Assembly (NCBI RefSeq): GCF_004010195.1
Contig: NC_057720.1
Location: 5,971,273 to 6,035,272 of the forward strand
From: Chiloscyllium plagiosum
Taxonomy: Eukaryota
Length of the DNA: 64,000 nt
Direction: 5' to 3'
The position numbers and the translations under genes are program-made. Positions 22,985 to 36,068 of the stretch are shown here, in pieces. The notes beneath the pieces were generated by a model. That model saw only the letters and a program-made list of their open reading frames with translations. It had not been told where the DNA came from and did not search any database. The number at the start of each line of letters is the position of its first letter. The first letter of the stretch is position 1.

Positions 22985-24790
22985 CTGAATTGAGGAGGAA
23001 AGTCTTCACCCAAAGGGTTGTGAATCTATGGAATTCCCTGCCCAGTGAAGCAATTGAGGCTACTGCATTGAATGTTTTTAAGGCAAAGATAGACAGATTT
23101 TTGAACAGTAAAGGAATTAAGGGTTATGGTGAACGGGCGGGTAAGTGGAGCTGAGGCCATGAAAAGATCAGCCATGAACTTATTGAATGGTAGAGCAGGC
23201 TCGATGGGCCAGATGGCCTACTCCTGCTCCGAGTTCTTATGTTGTTATGGTGAAAGTACCCATGACAGAGGCATTTTCAGAGGCTTGTGAGTTCTCTTGA
23301 TTTTATTTCCTACCCTCACCTATCTCCACATCAGACGCTGCTCATTTTACCCTCATTTATTCCAGGAGAATGAACAATTATATGGATGCTATCTCAAGCA
23401 GTTTGGAAAACAAAGAGCTGGAAATTATGGTAGAGTTACATAAAGCTCTGCTTCGGCCCCAGCTAAAGCATTGAGTTCAGGTCTGGGATACTGCCTCTCA
23501 GGAAGAATACATTGGCTTTGGAAGAGGCACAACTTTGATTGATCAGAATGATGCTTGAGCTAAAAGGGTTATATTATGAGATTTGGATGCATAGACTAGA
23601 TTCCAGAACACACTTGCACTGGAGGCAGTTTAGGAAAGGTTCATAAGCTCATTCCTGGAGTGAAGGGTTTCTCTGAAAAGGAAAGGCTGAGCACGTTGCT
23701 CCTATACTCAATGGATGGAGTCAGAGATGATAGTTTCTCTCCTTCAATCTCTGAAAGTTGGTATCACTGTGAGGCCACCAGTTAAAGTCATAGAAATGTT
23801 CTGCACAAAAACAGGCCCTTCGGTCCAACTCGTCCATGCCAACCAGATATCATACATTAATCTAGTCTGATTTGCCAGCATTTGGCCCATATCTCCTCAA
23901 AACCCTTCCTACTCATATACTCCAGATGCCTGTTAGATGTTGTAATTGTACCAGCCTCCACCACTTCCTTGCCTTTATTAGTCAGAGCATTGAGTATAGG
24001 AGTTGGGAGGTCATGCTGCGGTTATGCAGGACATTAGTAGGCCACCATTGGAATACTACATGCAATTCTGGTCTCCTTCCTTTAGGAAGGATGTTGTGAA
24101 ACTTGAAAGGGTTCAGAAAAGATTTACAGGGATGTTGCCAGGTTTAGAGGATTTGAGCTTTAGGGAGAGTCAGAATAGGCTGGAGCTGTTTTCCCTGGAA
24201 TGTCGGAGGCTGAGGGTTCACCTTACAGACGTTTGTGAAATCATGAGGGGCATGGATAGGGTAAATAGGCAAGGTCTTTCCCTAGGGTGGGGTAGTCCAA
24301 AATTAAATGGCATAGCTTTAAGGTTGGAGGGGAAAGATGCAAAGGGACCTAAGGGTGGTGTGTGTATGGAATGAGCTGCCAGAGGATTTCTTACAGTCAG
24401 AGAGTCATAGAGGTATACAGCATGGAAACAGATCCTTTGGTCCAACTCATCAATGCTGATCAGATATCCTAAATTAATCTAGTCCCATTTGCTAACATGT
24501 GGCCCATATCCCTCTGCATTTTCCTGTTCATATATCCATCCAGATGCCTTTTAAATGCTGTAATTGTACCAGCCTCCACCACTTCCTCTGGCAGCTCATT
24601 CCATTCACGGACCATCCTTAGGTCCCTTAGGGCACTCCAGGGAAAACAGCCCCAGCCTCTTTAGCCCCTTCCTAAAGCTCAATCCCTCCAACTCTGGCAA
24701 CATCCTTGTAAATCTTTTCTGAACCTTTTCATGTTTCACAATATCCTTCCTATAGGGGGGAGACCAGAACTGAATGCAGTATTCCAAAAG
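22985..24790. mobile_element. Cluster of CR1 fragments in alternating orientation
   Basis: EYYMQFWSP (+, 24003-24374), EYCIQFWSPPY (-, 24605-24787), several 3' UTRs. Confidence 0.85.
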
Positions 24791-25404
24791 TTGTTGCCCT
24801 TGAACTGATTGGCTCTGTCGGCCAGTTCAAAAGGTAGTTAATAGCTAAGGCCTCGAGTCACTTGTCCAAACCAAGGGAGAATAGCAAATTTGTGTCACTG
24901 ATGGGATTTTATGAAATGGTTGCTCAATCTGTGTAATTTGAGATTTTATTGATTCCAAATTTCTCTATCTGTCATGGCGGATTCAAACATCTGCGTCTGA
25001 ACACAAATTTGTCCCTGTGAATTGCTAACCCAGTGACGTTACCACCAAACAACGAATCTCATGATTGCAACCTACAGGATTCTGAGGACACCTGACAGGA
25101 TGGATGCTAAGAAGATGTTTCAGGAGGGAAGTCTAGAACAAAGAGGTACACTTTTGGAAGAAGGGGTCTCCCTTCTCTCAGAAAATTGCAAATCTTTGCA
25201 ATTTAGTATCCCAGAGAAGAGTAGAGAATGACTCATTTAATACTGTAAAGGCATGGAATATTTCCATCTGCACACGTTATGGTTGGCTTGGGTGGCAAGC
25301 AGGAATGTAGATATAATATCGCAGTCAGATGAGCCATGATCTTGTTGAATGATGGAGAAGACATGAGGTGCTGAATGGCCTATTTCTGCATCTATTTCCT
25401 AATG

Positions 25405-26048
25405 AGAACGAACTGTCCTGGACCTCTCATGTAGATGTGACGGTCCAGAAGGCACAACAGCACCGCTTCTTCCCCAGGCAGGTTCAGAAATTCAGCATGT
25501 CCATAAGAATCCACACCAACTTTTACAGATGCACCATTGAGAGCACACTGTCTGGGTGCATAACGGCCTGGTATGGCAACTGCTCTGCCCAGGATTGTAA
25601 GAAACTACAGAAGGTGGTGTGCACAGCCCCGACCATCACAGAAGCCAATCTTCCACCCATGGACTTCATTTACACTTCATGTTGCCGCGGAAAGGCTACC
25701 AACATCATTAAAGACCCCACCCACCCCAGTAATGCTCTCCCACAACCTCTTCCATCAGACAGAAGATACAGAAGCCTGAACACATGCACCAACAGGTTCA
25801 AGAGTAGTTTCTTCACTGCCGTTATTAGACTGATGAATGGTCTCTCTAACTTTAAATAATATTGATCTTGTTAATTTGGATCTTGCTTTGTGCACCTCCT
25901 GGTAGTGTAACCTGTATATCTCACTCTGTCTAAGCCCCCACTCTTCTGTATGTCCTTGTTTGCTATGATCTGCCTATACTGCTTGCAAAACTAATCTTTT
26001 CACTGTAGTTAAGTACATGTGACTACAATAAATCAAATCAAATCAAAA
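25405..26048 (+). mobile_element. Rex1/Babar-type LINE 3' portion
   Basis: LSWTSHV..KAQQ..NFYRCTIES.LSGCITAWYGNC..LPSDRRYRS..SFF..VIRLMN; tail CAATAAATCAAATCAAATC. Confidence 0.88.
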
Positions 26049-29000
26049 AATTCAAGGGGTAAAGGTTAATGGGAAGGCGTCAATGACGTTACATATAGTT
26101 CATTAAACTTATTTGAATTATTGGATAGCTAAAGTAGGTTTATAGATGAAGTACAGGCATCGGTAGCCAATTCCTTTATATTATTAACCATTCCCATGCC
26201 ATTCGATAGTTTCAGCAACACGGACATGAGGATCTGCTTCATTTGATCTTCACGGTGAAAATTATATCATTTGAAAAGTTTGAATGCTGGTAGTTGGAAA
26301 TAAGTGCTCCTTATTGCAAATAGCCTACTCCATTAAGACAGTAATGATCTCTTATTCCATTAAGTCTTATTTTGTGTACGAGAAGCAGCAACTGTAATGA
26401 TGATAATTTTGCTACAGATGATTATAATGATGGCACAGCAGTGAGCTTAACAACAGCCCTAACCTCTGCTGAATAGATGATTCGCATACTGGCAACCGTC
26501 CTATTTCTGCAGATGTCTCTGGAGCTGTTCAGCTCTGCTTGGCAATGCATAATTACACTAAAGATTGATAACATAGCACTGACTAAACATTTTGATAAGT
26601 GAAAAAAAAGCATTCACAAATTCAATCTGGGCTGATTGTACTTCACTGATAATTGGCCTTTCAAAAGGTCTCATTTCTTTATCTCCTGTGAGAAAATATT
26701 GAAAGTTTTTGTGTCAGATTTCACACAACGAAGCTTTCCAGATGACAAACTCCTAAAGAACTTTGAAGTGAGAAGTTAATTTGGAAACACACGCTGCTGT
26801 AAAGGGCATTTCATGTACAAATGAAGCCATGTAAATTACAGCTGTATCTTTCGTCTCACTCATGTCCAATTAGTAGATCTTTCCACCTCCCACGTTCGGT
26901 TTCACCAATGTTGATTTCACCAGGATTAAAAGACCAACATACTCAACGTAAATAAACCTTGCCTGTTTTGAAGTGAAGGGTTAGTCGAAATCTGCTTCCC
27001 TGTGTTGGAAATTCTGTTCCTCTTCTTTTCAGCAGATTCAAAAAAGCAAGTCAGTAATGCATCTGACAATTAACTTTATTTATTAATGTTTCAAACATTA
27101 ATCTTCAAGCTTCATACAAAACAGAACACATTAGCCTTATGAATGGAGAATTTATTGCGAACCATGAGAGAGTGGTCTATCTAAGACCGGCTACATTATT
27201 TCCTCTCGGAGTCAGTCAAAATTCCTATCAAGAAAAACTTCTCTTTTTTTTCATTTTCTAGTTCTTGATGGATTTGAGTCCACTGTGGGCGTTTTGAAAA
27301 CCTTTAGATCATTGAACATGTTGCTGGACAATTATTAGGGGCCTAATGTCCCGTTATCTTTGCTTCCGATCTCTGCTGTAGCCAAATTAAACCTTTTGTT
27401 GTGCAAACATTTAACCTCCAATCTTTTGCAATCTCTACAGCAAAAAAAGCACTATCTATACTGCAGTCATTTCCTTCTTTTGCCTCTCCCCCTGCTGTGA
27501 TGAAAAGTCATGTTTTAAAAGCCTTTGTTTAAGTCTAACAACATGTTTACATCAATCTTATTAATGTGAGTTAGCTTATTTATTTAATAATCTACTTTGC
27601 TGGTCTCCACCGATTGCATTATTTTCATCCCTCAAGTTAATATTCTCTGATGGTTATCGAAGGTGTGATAAATCCTCATTTGTATTGTGGTGGAAAGTTT
27701 ATAATTTATATATTAATATAATTTTTAAACGTTGGATCTTAGAATAGAGGCAAGTGGGTGTTATTTACTTCTATGAAGGGTATTCATTGTGAAAACAAAG
27801 CAAGGTCAGAGAGTCCTCCAGGAACAGTGATAAAACCAAGCTTTCATCATTAAACCAGTGCCTACAGTCCACTGTGGTGTTAATGGTAGGATGTTTGCAC
27901 AGTTGGATTTACAGCAGATAGGGCAAACACATAAAACCATCAGCTTTGTTTTCCGTTCATAAGAATCTAGGATGAGCAAGTTGAGAAGATATAGAGTGAT
28001 GGGTTGAGAAACAAGTTTAGTTTCTGTCCTAGAAATAGGGGGTGATTCAGAGAAAAAGTCACCGCTGCAGAATTATTTAGTTTGTAAAACTTCCAAGCCA
28101 GGAAAATTTGGTTAGAAATCTGAAGATTATTAGAACAAGAGAGTTTGAGCTTTTTTTTGTTATTATTAACTATACCTCCTTTGTTGACATCCAAATCATT
28201 TATATAAATGACGAAAAGCAGTGTTCCCAGCACCGATCCTCGTGACACACCGCTGGTAAGAAGCCTTCAGTCTGAAAAGCAACCCTCCACCACCACCCTC
28301 TGTCTTCTACCTTTGAGCCAGTTAGGTATCCAAATGGCTAGTTCTCCCTATATTCCATGAGATCTAACCTTGCTAACCAGTCTCCCATGGGGAACCTTGT
28401 CGAACGCCTTACTGAAGCCCATGTAGATCACATCTACCATTCTGCACTCATCAATCCTCTTTGTTACTTCTTCAAAAAACTCAATCAAGTTTGTGAGACA
28501 TGATTTCCCACACACAAAGCCATGTTGACTATCCCTAATCAGTCCTTACCTTTCCAAATACATGTAAATCCTGTCCCTCAGGATTCCTCCAACAATTTGC
28601 ACACCACCGAGGTCAGGTTCACCAGTCTATAGTTCCCTGGCTTGTCTTTACTGCCCTTCTTAAACAGAGGCACCACATTAGCCAACCTCCAGTCTTCTGG
28701 CACCTCACCTGTGACTATCGATGATGCAAATATCTCAGCAAGAGGCCCAGCAATCACTTCCCTAGCTTCCCACAAAGTTCTAGGTCACACCTGATCTGGC
28801 CCTGGGGATTTACTTACCTTTAAGACATCCAGCATCTCCTCCTCTGTAATATGGACATTTTTCATGATATGACCATTTATTTCCCCATATTCCATATCTT
28901 CCATGTCCTTCTCCACAGTAAACAATGATGTAAAATACTAATTTAGTATCATCCCTGCCTCCTACAGTTCCATGCATAGCCTGCCTTGTTGATCTTTGAG

Positions 29001-30176
29001 GGGTTCTATTCTATCTAGTTACCCTTTTGTCCTTAATGTACTTATAAAATCCCTTTGGATTCTTCTTAACCCTATTTGCCAAAGCTATCTCATGTCCCCT
29101 TTTTGCCCTCCTGATTTCCCTCTTAAGCATATTCCTACTGTCTTTATATTCTTCTAAGGATTCACTCGATCTATCCTGTCTATACCTTATAAATGCTTTC
29201 TTCTTTTCTTTGACCAAACCCTCAATTTCTTTAGTCATCCTGCATTCCCACATCTACCAGCCTTTCCTTTCACCCTAACAAGGACAAACTGTCTCTGAAC
29301 TCTTGTTATATCATTTCTGAAGTCTTCCCATTTTCCAGCCGGCCCTTTACCTGCAAACATCCACCTCAATCAACTTTTGAAAGTTCTTGCCTAATGCCGT
29401 CAAAATTGGCCTTCCTCCAAACTTAGAACTTTAACTTTTAGATCAGTCAATCCTTTTCTATCACTATTTTAAAATGAATAGAATTATGGTCACTGGCCCC
29501 AAAGTACTCCCCCACTGACACCTCAATCACTGCCCTGCCTTATTTCCCAAAAGTTGGTTAAGTTTTGCACCTTCTCTAGTAGGTACATCCACATACTGAA
29601 TCAGAAAATTTTCTTGTACATACTTAACAAATTCTTCTCCATCTAAACTCTTAACACCATGGCAGTCCCAGTCTATGTTTGGAAAGTTAAAACCCCCTAC
29701 CATAACCACCCTATTATTCTTACAAATAGCTGAGATAATATTACAAGTTTGTTTCTCAATTTCCCTCTGACTATTAGGGGGTCCATAATACAATCCCAAT
29801 AAGGTGATCATCCCTTTCTTATTTCTGAGTTCCACCCAAATAACGTTCCTGGACATATTCTCAGGAATATCCTCTCTCAGTACTGCCATAATGCTATCCC
29901 TTATCAAAAATGCCACTGCTCCTCCTCTCTAGCCTCCTTTCTATTGCATTTGTATCCTGGAATATTAAGCTGCCAGTCTTGTCCATCCCTGGGCCACATC
30001 TCTGTAATTGCTATGATATCCCAGTCCCATGTTTTCAGCCATGCCTTGAGTTCATCTGCCTTCCTTGTTAGGTCTCTTGCATTGAAATGAATGCAGCTTA
30101 ATTTATCAGTCTGACCTCTTTCTCTGCTTTGCTCCTATCTGCCCTGACTTTTTGACTTGCTCCATTTCACAACTGT

Positions 30177-30338
30177 GAGAAAGTGAGGACTGCAGGTGCT
30201 GGAGATCAGAGTCGAGAGAGTGGTGCTGGAGAAGCACAGCAGGTCAGGTAGCATCTGAGGAACAGGACCGGTGACATTTTGGGCATTAGCCCTTCATTCC
30301 TGATGATGGGCTTAAGCCCAAAACATCGATTTTTCTTG
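30177..30338. mobile_element. Family-A hairpin mini-element nested in CR1
   Basis: Flanked by TTTCACAACTGT / TTTCGCAACTGT; two opposed decayed hammerhead motifs. Confidence 0.8.
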
Positions 30339-31668
30339 TCTCTTTTCGCAACTGTACCAGTCTCAGACTGATCTCTTTCCTCATTATCTCCTTGTATCCC
30401 ACACCCCACCATATTAGTTTAAATCCTCCCGAGCAGCTTTAGCAAATCTCCCGACCAGTATATTAGTCCCCTTTCAATTCAGGTGCAATCTGTTCTTCTT
30501 GTACAGACCATTTCTACCCCAGAAGAGATTTCAATGATCCAAAAATGTGAACCCTTCTGCCCTGCACCAGCTCCTCAGCCATGCATTCATCGGCTCTATC
30601 CTCCTATTCCTACCTTCAATAGCTTGTAGTGCCAGGAGTAATCCAGATATTTCTACCCTCAAGGACTACCTTTTTAAATATCCTGCCTAACTTTCTATCT
30701 TCTCCCTTAAGAATCTCATCCTTTTCCTTTCCTATATGGTTGGTACATATGTGTGCAACGATCTCCTGCTGGTCCCTCTCCCCTTTCAGAATATTCTGCT
30801 GATATCCTTGATCCTGGCACTAGGGAGGTAACACGCCATTCTGACTTCTCACTGTTGGCCGTAGAAACATCTGTCTATGCCTCTGACTACAGAGTCCCCT
30901 ATCACAATCGATCACTTGGAACCTGATGTACCTGTCATTACGTTAGAGCCAGTCTTGGTACCAGACACTTGGTTACATTCACCTGAGAGTCCATCACCTC
31001 CTACATTTTCCAAAACAGCATACCTGTTTGAGATGGGGAATAGCCACAGGAGACTCTTGCATTTGCTGCCTCCCTCTCCTACTTTTCCTGGTGGTAACCC
31101 ACCAACTGACTGTATCTGTAGTTTTTCTCCCTTCCTATAACTGCCATCCATCACACCCCCTAGCTTCTGTAAATTCCTCATTGCCTCTAACTGCCATTGC
31201 AACCATTCCATGCGATCTGATAGGATTCGCAACCAAACACACTTCCGGCAGACCTAATCATCCTAACTTGGAAACTCTCCTTAATGTTGTGGTTCTGTTC
31301 GCCGAGCTAGAAGTTTTTGTTGCAAACGTTTCGTCCCATGTCTGGGTGACATCCTCAGTGCTTGGGAGCCTCCTGTGAAGTGCTTCTGTGGTGTTTCCTC
31401 CGGCATTTATAGTGGCCTGTCCCTGCTGCTTCCGGTTGTCAGTTTCAGCTGTCCGCTGTAGTGGCCGGTATATTGGGTCCAGGTCGATGTGTTTGTTGAT
31501 GGAGTTTATGGGTGAGTGCCATTCTTCTAGGAATTCCCTGGCTGTTCTTTGTTTCGCTTGCCCCATAATGGTAGTGTTGTCCCAGTCAAATTCATGTTGC
31601 TTGTCGTCTGCGTGTGTGGCTACTAGGAATAGCTGGTCGTGTCGTTTCGTGGCTAGTTGATGTTCATG

Positions 31669-31804
31669 NNNNNNNNNNNNNNNNNNNNNNNNNNNNNNNN
31701 NNNNNNNNNNNNNNNNNNNNNNNNNNNNNNNNNNNNNNNNNNNNNNNNNNNNNNNNNNNNNNNNNNNNNNNNNNNNNNNNNNNNNNNNNNNNNNNNNNNN
31801 NNNN
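31669..31804. other. Assembly gap
   Basis: Run of N. Confidence 1.
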
Positions 31805-32087
31805 TTATAGGGCAAGCGAAACAAAGAACAGCCAGGGAATTCCTAGAAGCATGGCACGCATCCACAAACTCCGTCAGCAAACACATAGACCTGGACCCAA
31901 TATACCGGCCACTACAGCGGACAGCTGAAACTGACAACCGGAAGCGGCAGGGACAGGCCACTATAAATGCCGGAAGAAACACCACAGAAGTGCTTCACAG
32001 GAGGCTCCCAAGCACTGAGGACGTCACCTAGACAGGGAACGAAACGTTTGCAACAAAAACTTCCAGCTCAGTGAACAGAACCACAGC

Positions 32088-32443
32088 NNNNNNNNNNNNN
32101 NNNNNNNNNNNNNNNNNNNNNNNNNNNNNNNNNNNNNNNNNNNNNNNNNNNNNNNNNNNNNNNNNNNNNNNNNNNNNNNNNNNNNNNNNNNNNNNNNNNN
32201 NNNNNNNNNNNNNNNNNNNNNNNNNNNNNNNNNNNNNNNNNNNNNNNNNNNNNNNNNNNNNNNNNNNNNNNNNNNNNNNNNNNNNNNNNNNNNNNNNNNN
32301 NNNNNNNNNNNNNNNNNNNNNNNNNNNNNNNNNNNNNNNNNNNNNNNNNNNNNNNNNNNNNNNNNNNNNNNNNNNNNNNNNNNNNNNNNNNNNNNNNNNN
32401 NNNNNNNNNNNNNNNNNNNNNNNNNNNNNNNNNNNNNNNNNNN
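32088..32443. other. Assembly gap
   Basis: Run of N. Confidence 1.
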
Positions 32444-33049
32444 CCTCGCAATTTCATCAACAGATGCCTAAGAGAAAGACAACGGAACGAGGACATGCCG
32501 CAACCCAAAGGACTAGCGACACTACCATACATCAGGAGCATTTCAGAACTGACAGCCAGACTACTTCGACCACTAGGACTTATAACAGCACACAAACCAA
32601 CAGCCACTCTCAGACAACAACTCACCAGAACGAAGGACCCGATACCCACATTAGCATAACTAATGTAGTGTACAAAATCCCATGCAAGGACTGCACAATA
32701 CACTATATAGGACAAACAGGAAGACAGCTAACGATCCGCATCCACGAACATCAACTAGCCACGAAACGACACGACCAGCTATCCCTAGTAGCCACACACG
32801 TAGACGACAAGCAACATGAATTTGACTGGGACAACACTACCATTATAGGGCAAGCGAAACAAAGAACAGCCAGGGAATTCCTAGAAGAATGGCACTCATC
32901 CACAAACTCCATCAACAAACACATCGACCTGGACCCAATATACCGGCCACTACAGCGGACAGCTAAAACTGACAACCGGAAGCAGCAGGGAAAGGCCATT
33001 ATAAATGCCGGAGGAAACACCACAGCAGCACTTCACAGGAGGCTCCCAA

Positions 33050-33089
33050 GCACTGAGGATGTCACCTAGACAGGGGACGAAACGTTTGC
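33050..33089 (+). ncRNA. Minimal type-I hammerhead ribozyme motif (family B2), core intact
   Basis: GCA-CTGAGGA-T-GTCaCCT-AGAC-AGGgGAC-GAAA-CG-TT^TGC; further copies at about 32012-32051 (+) and 31321-31360 (-). Confidence 0.82.
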
Positions 33090-33554
33090 AACAAAAACTT
33101 CCAGCTTGGCGAACAGAACTACAACAACGAGCACCCGAGCTACAAATCTTCTCCCAAACTTTGAACTCTCCTTAATCTCCAACAAGAAGAGCACATCACT
33201 CTACTAAAGACCATCTTTGCACCTTAATAATGTACAGACCCAGAAAATAGCACAGTCTCACTCCTCTATAAAACACTGTGCCAGACTAAATTAGTCCCAC
33301 ACACACACACACACACTGAATGCTGGAATTAAGGGAAGGCAGTGGTACTGCGATAAAGTCACCAGACACAGGACCCTAGATTATTTTTGGAGGGACATAG
33401 AAATGGTAAAAGTAATATTCAATGCAAATCTGAAATGAACAATTAACAAGCTTTCTTGATGGTGACCATGTAAGCACTGTCGATTGAACCCATCTCTTTG
33501 ATGAAGAATCATCTAGACGTGAAACAACTGCTTACTTTCTCTCCATGGATGAAT

Positions 33555-33888
33555 CATAGAATCCCTGCAGTGTGAGTGCAGGCCATTCAGTCCATCGAGT
33601 CCACACTGAGCTACTAAAGGGTATGTCATCCAAACCCACTCTCCTTCTCCTGTAACCCTTCATTCCTCTTGGCTAACCAACAGGTTCCTGGACATTATGG
33701 GGTAATTTAGCATGATCAATCTACCTAACTTGCACACCTTTGGACTATGGGAGGAAACTGGAGCAAACCCACACAGACACAAGAAGAATGTGCAAACTCC
33801 ACACAGACAGTCACCCAAAGGGTGGAATCAAACCCAGGTCCCTGGCGCTATGAGGCAGTAGTGTTAACTACTGCGCCACTGTGCCACC
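33555..33888 (-). mobile_element. HE1/V-SINE-like SINE
   Basis: Matches other copies. Confidence 0.82.
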
Positions 33889-33914
33889 TGACCTGCAGTG
33901 ATCTCCAGCATTTC

Positions 33915-34105
33915 TTTTTCAGTCCATCTGGTTCACTAATGTCTTTTAGGGAAGGAAGCTGCCATCCTTACCTGGTATGGTTTATATGTGACTCCAGACC
34001 CACAGCAATGTAGCTGACTCTTAACTGCCCTCTGGGCAATTAGGAATGGACAATAAATGCTGGTTTAGGCAATGGCACCCGCATCTGATGAATGAATCAA
34101 AAAAT
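33915..34105 (+). mobile_element. SINE family B 3' half
   Basis: Matches 5085-5262. Confidence 0.75.
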
Positions 34106-34544
34106 CTCATTGAAAGTTATCAAAATTTTATATTAATCTATAGTATTGTACAATAATGAACAGGGTTTTCTCTTTATTCTGCAAAGTGGCTATTTGGAGA
34201 GTGATCTTATTTCAGTCATCAGAACATAGAGTCTCTCTTTTACAAATATCAATTTGTCCAAAAACATTTGACTTATGACATAACCTACTCTAAAAGGACA
34301 TTTGGGTTTATAGTGAAAAACCCTGGACACTGTTTATTTACCAATTAATATTACAAACTTTAACTATTTCTTTCTTTCAGTGCCTACCTTTTTTTTTGTT
34401 CATATGGTCGAAAGGCTTATGTCTATTGCTAATTTCTCATTGCCTCAAGAAAGTGATTGTGAATGGTCTTCTTGAATCACTGCAGTTCATCCACTGTAGG
34501 TATGCACACAGTGCTTCGTACTTGTTTAACCAGGAGTACGTTTG

Positions 34545-35060
34545 CTTGTGTATGTTTGTGACTCTATGTCTCAGTGTATCTATGCGTAGGTGTAAATGTC
34601 CCTTTGTGTGTCTTTGTGTATGTGTATGTGGGTATGTGTGTCTATGTATGGGTGACCATGGGTGTGTGTGTATATGTGTGTGTGTATGTGTCTGTGTATG
34701 TGAGTGCAAATGTGGGTGGGTGTGTGAGGGGCTTTGTGTCTGTGGGTGTACATGTGTGTGTTTATGTGTATGTGTGTATATATCTGTGTATGTGGATGGG
34801 GGTGTGTGTGTGCATGTATACATGACTATGTGTATGTGTGTGTGTCTGCCTGTGTGTGTGTATATGTGCATTGTGTATGTGTGTGTGAGAGAGTGTGTGC
34901 ATGTGCGTGTGGGTGTGTGAGAGTGTGCGTGTGTGTGTGGGAGAGTGAGTGAATGAATGTGTGCATGTGTATGTTGTGTGTGTGTGAGTGTGTGTCTGTG
35001 TGTGTGTGTCCGTGTGTGTGTGTCTGTGTGTGTCTGTGTGTGTGCCTGTGAGAAAGAGAC
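34545..35060. repeat. Degenerate (TG)n low-complexity tract
   Basis: Directly visible. Confidence 0.97.
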
Positions 35061-35734
35061 ACTGTGCCTGCCTGTCCATGTGTGGTTAATAATTTGGAAC
35101 CAGAGACGCCCATTTTCCCAGTTGAGGATATAAATGCTAATCATCACTAGAGGTTTGTTTGTGTGCAGCCTTTCCTGTTATTATTTCAGAAATAGTGATA
35201 TTTCTACATTGGATGTCAAAACTAGTTTCAAAATGAAAGGGATATAATGATTTACACTGTAAAACAGTCCCTAAAATAACAGTTTCTTTTCTGCATTAGC
35301 ACTTGAGAATGAAACCCATCCGTGAATACAGTGAGGTCACCAGGAACAGTCTACTCAGAACTTCAACATTGAGAATATGAAATATAAGTTTCTTTCATAA
35401 GGCTTATTTGATGGGGGTTTAAATTGCTTTCTTAAACTTTGGAATCCAACATGAGCTGTTCAATTAGAGATGGCATTTGATGAGCACATAGGGGAATTTT
35501 ATGAGGTTCCTGATTGAATTTATTATGGGGGTTTTCCAAGATAATCTGTCTAATCTTGTGCGAGTCATAGAGATGTGAATAATGCATCTATAATGAGACA
35601 TTTGGACACAACTGGTGATGGTCCATCTGTTTGTTTGACAACACTGACCAATCAAACCAAGAGCAGAAGAATCTGAACACCATCAAGGGCAGACCACCCA
35701 TCCCACACCACCCTCAGTTACACACTCTCAAAGA

Positions 35735-36068
35735 GCACGGCTAGGGTGAATAGCCAAGGTCTTTTCCCCAAGCTAGCGGAGTCCAAAATTAGAAGGGATA
35801 GGTTGAATGTGAGAGAGGAAAGATATAAGTGGGACCTAAGGGGCAACTTTCTCAAACAGAGAGTCATGTATGTATGGAATGAGCTGCCAGAGGCTGGTAC
35901 AATTACAACATTTAAAAGGCACCTGGATGGGTATATGAATAGAAAGGGTTTAGAGGAATATGGGTCCCATGTTGGCAAATGGAACTAGATTAACTCAGGA
36001 TATCTGGTTGGCATGGGTGAGTTGCACCGAAGGGTTTGTTTCTCTGCTGTACATCTCTATGACTCTAT
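35735..36068 (+). mobile_element. CR1 LINE 3' end
   Basis: QRVMYVWNELPE...FKRHLDGYM plus 3' UTR. Confidence 0.9.

Larger units (their letters stand above)
31286..33163 (+). mobile_element. Penelope-like element (family B2), young; GIY-YIG 3' region with upstream inverted repeat and 3' tail; spans two gaps
   Basis: NVVYKIPCKDCTIHYIGQTGRQLTIRIHEH (GIY-YIG); TSD AACTCTCCTTAAT at 31273-31285 and 33164-33176. Confidence 0.93.
28165..33295 (-). mobile_element. Long CR1 LINE: ORF1 (SGNH-esterase type) plus N-terminal ORF2, 3'-truncated, with two nested PLE insertions
   Basis: ORF1 PISNRYAVL and IVIGDSVVRG; ORF2 GGFNFPNIDW, PEDWRLANVVPLFKKG..PGNYR, GSVLGTLLFVIYINDLD; many disablements. Confidence 0.9.

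Noticed and set aside
32068..33069. 332-aa and 215-aa ORFs
   Set aside because: Lengths are inflated by N runs; only the GIY-YIG portion is real and it belongs to the PLE
34396..35147. His/Thr-rich and Cys/Val-rich ORFs
   Set aside because: Translations of (TG)n low-complexity DNA
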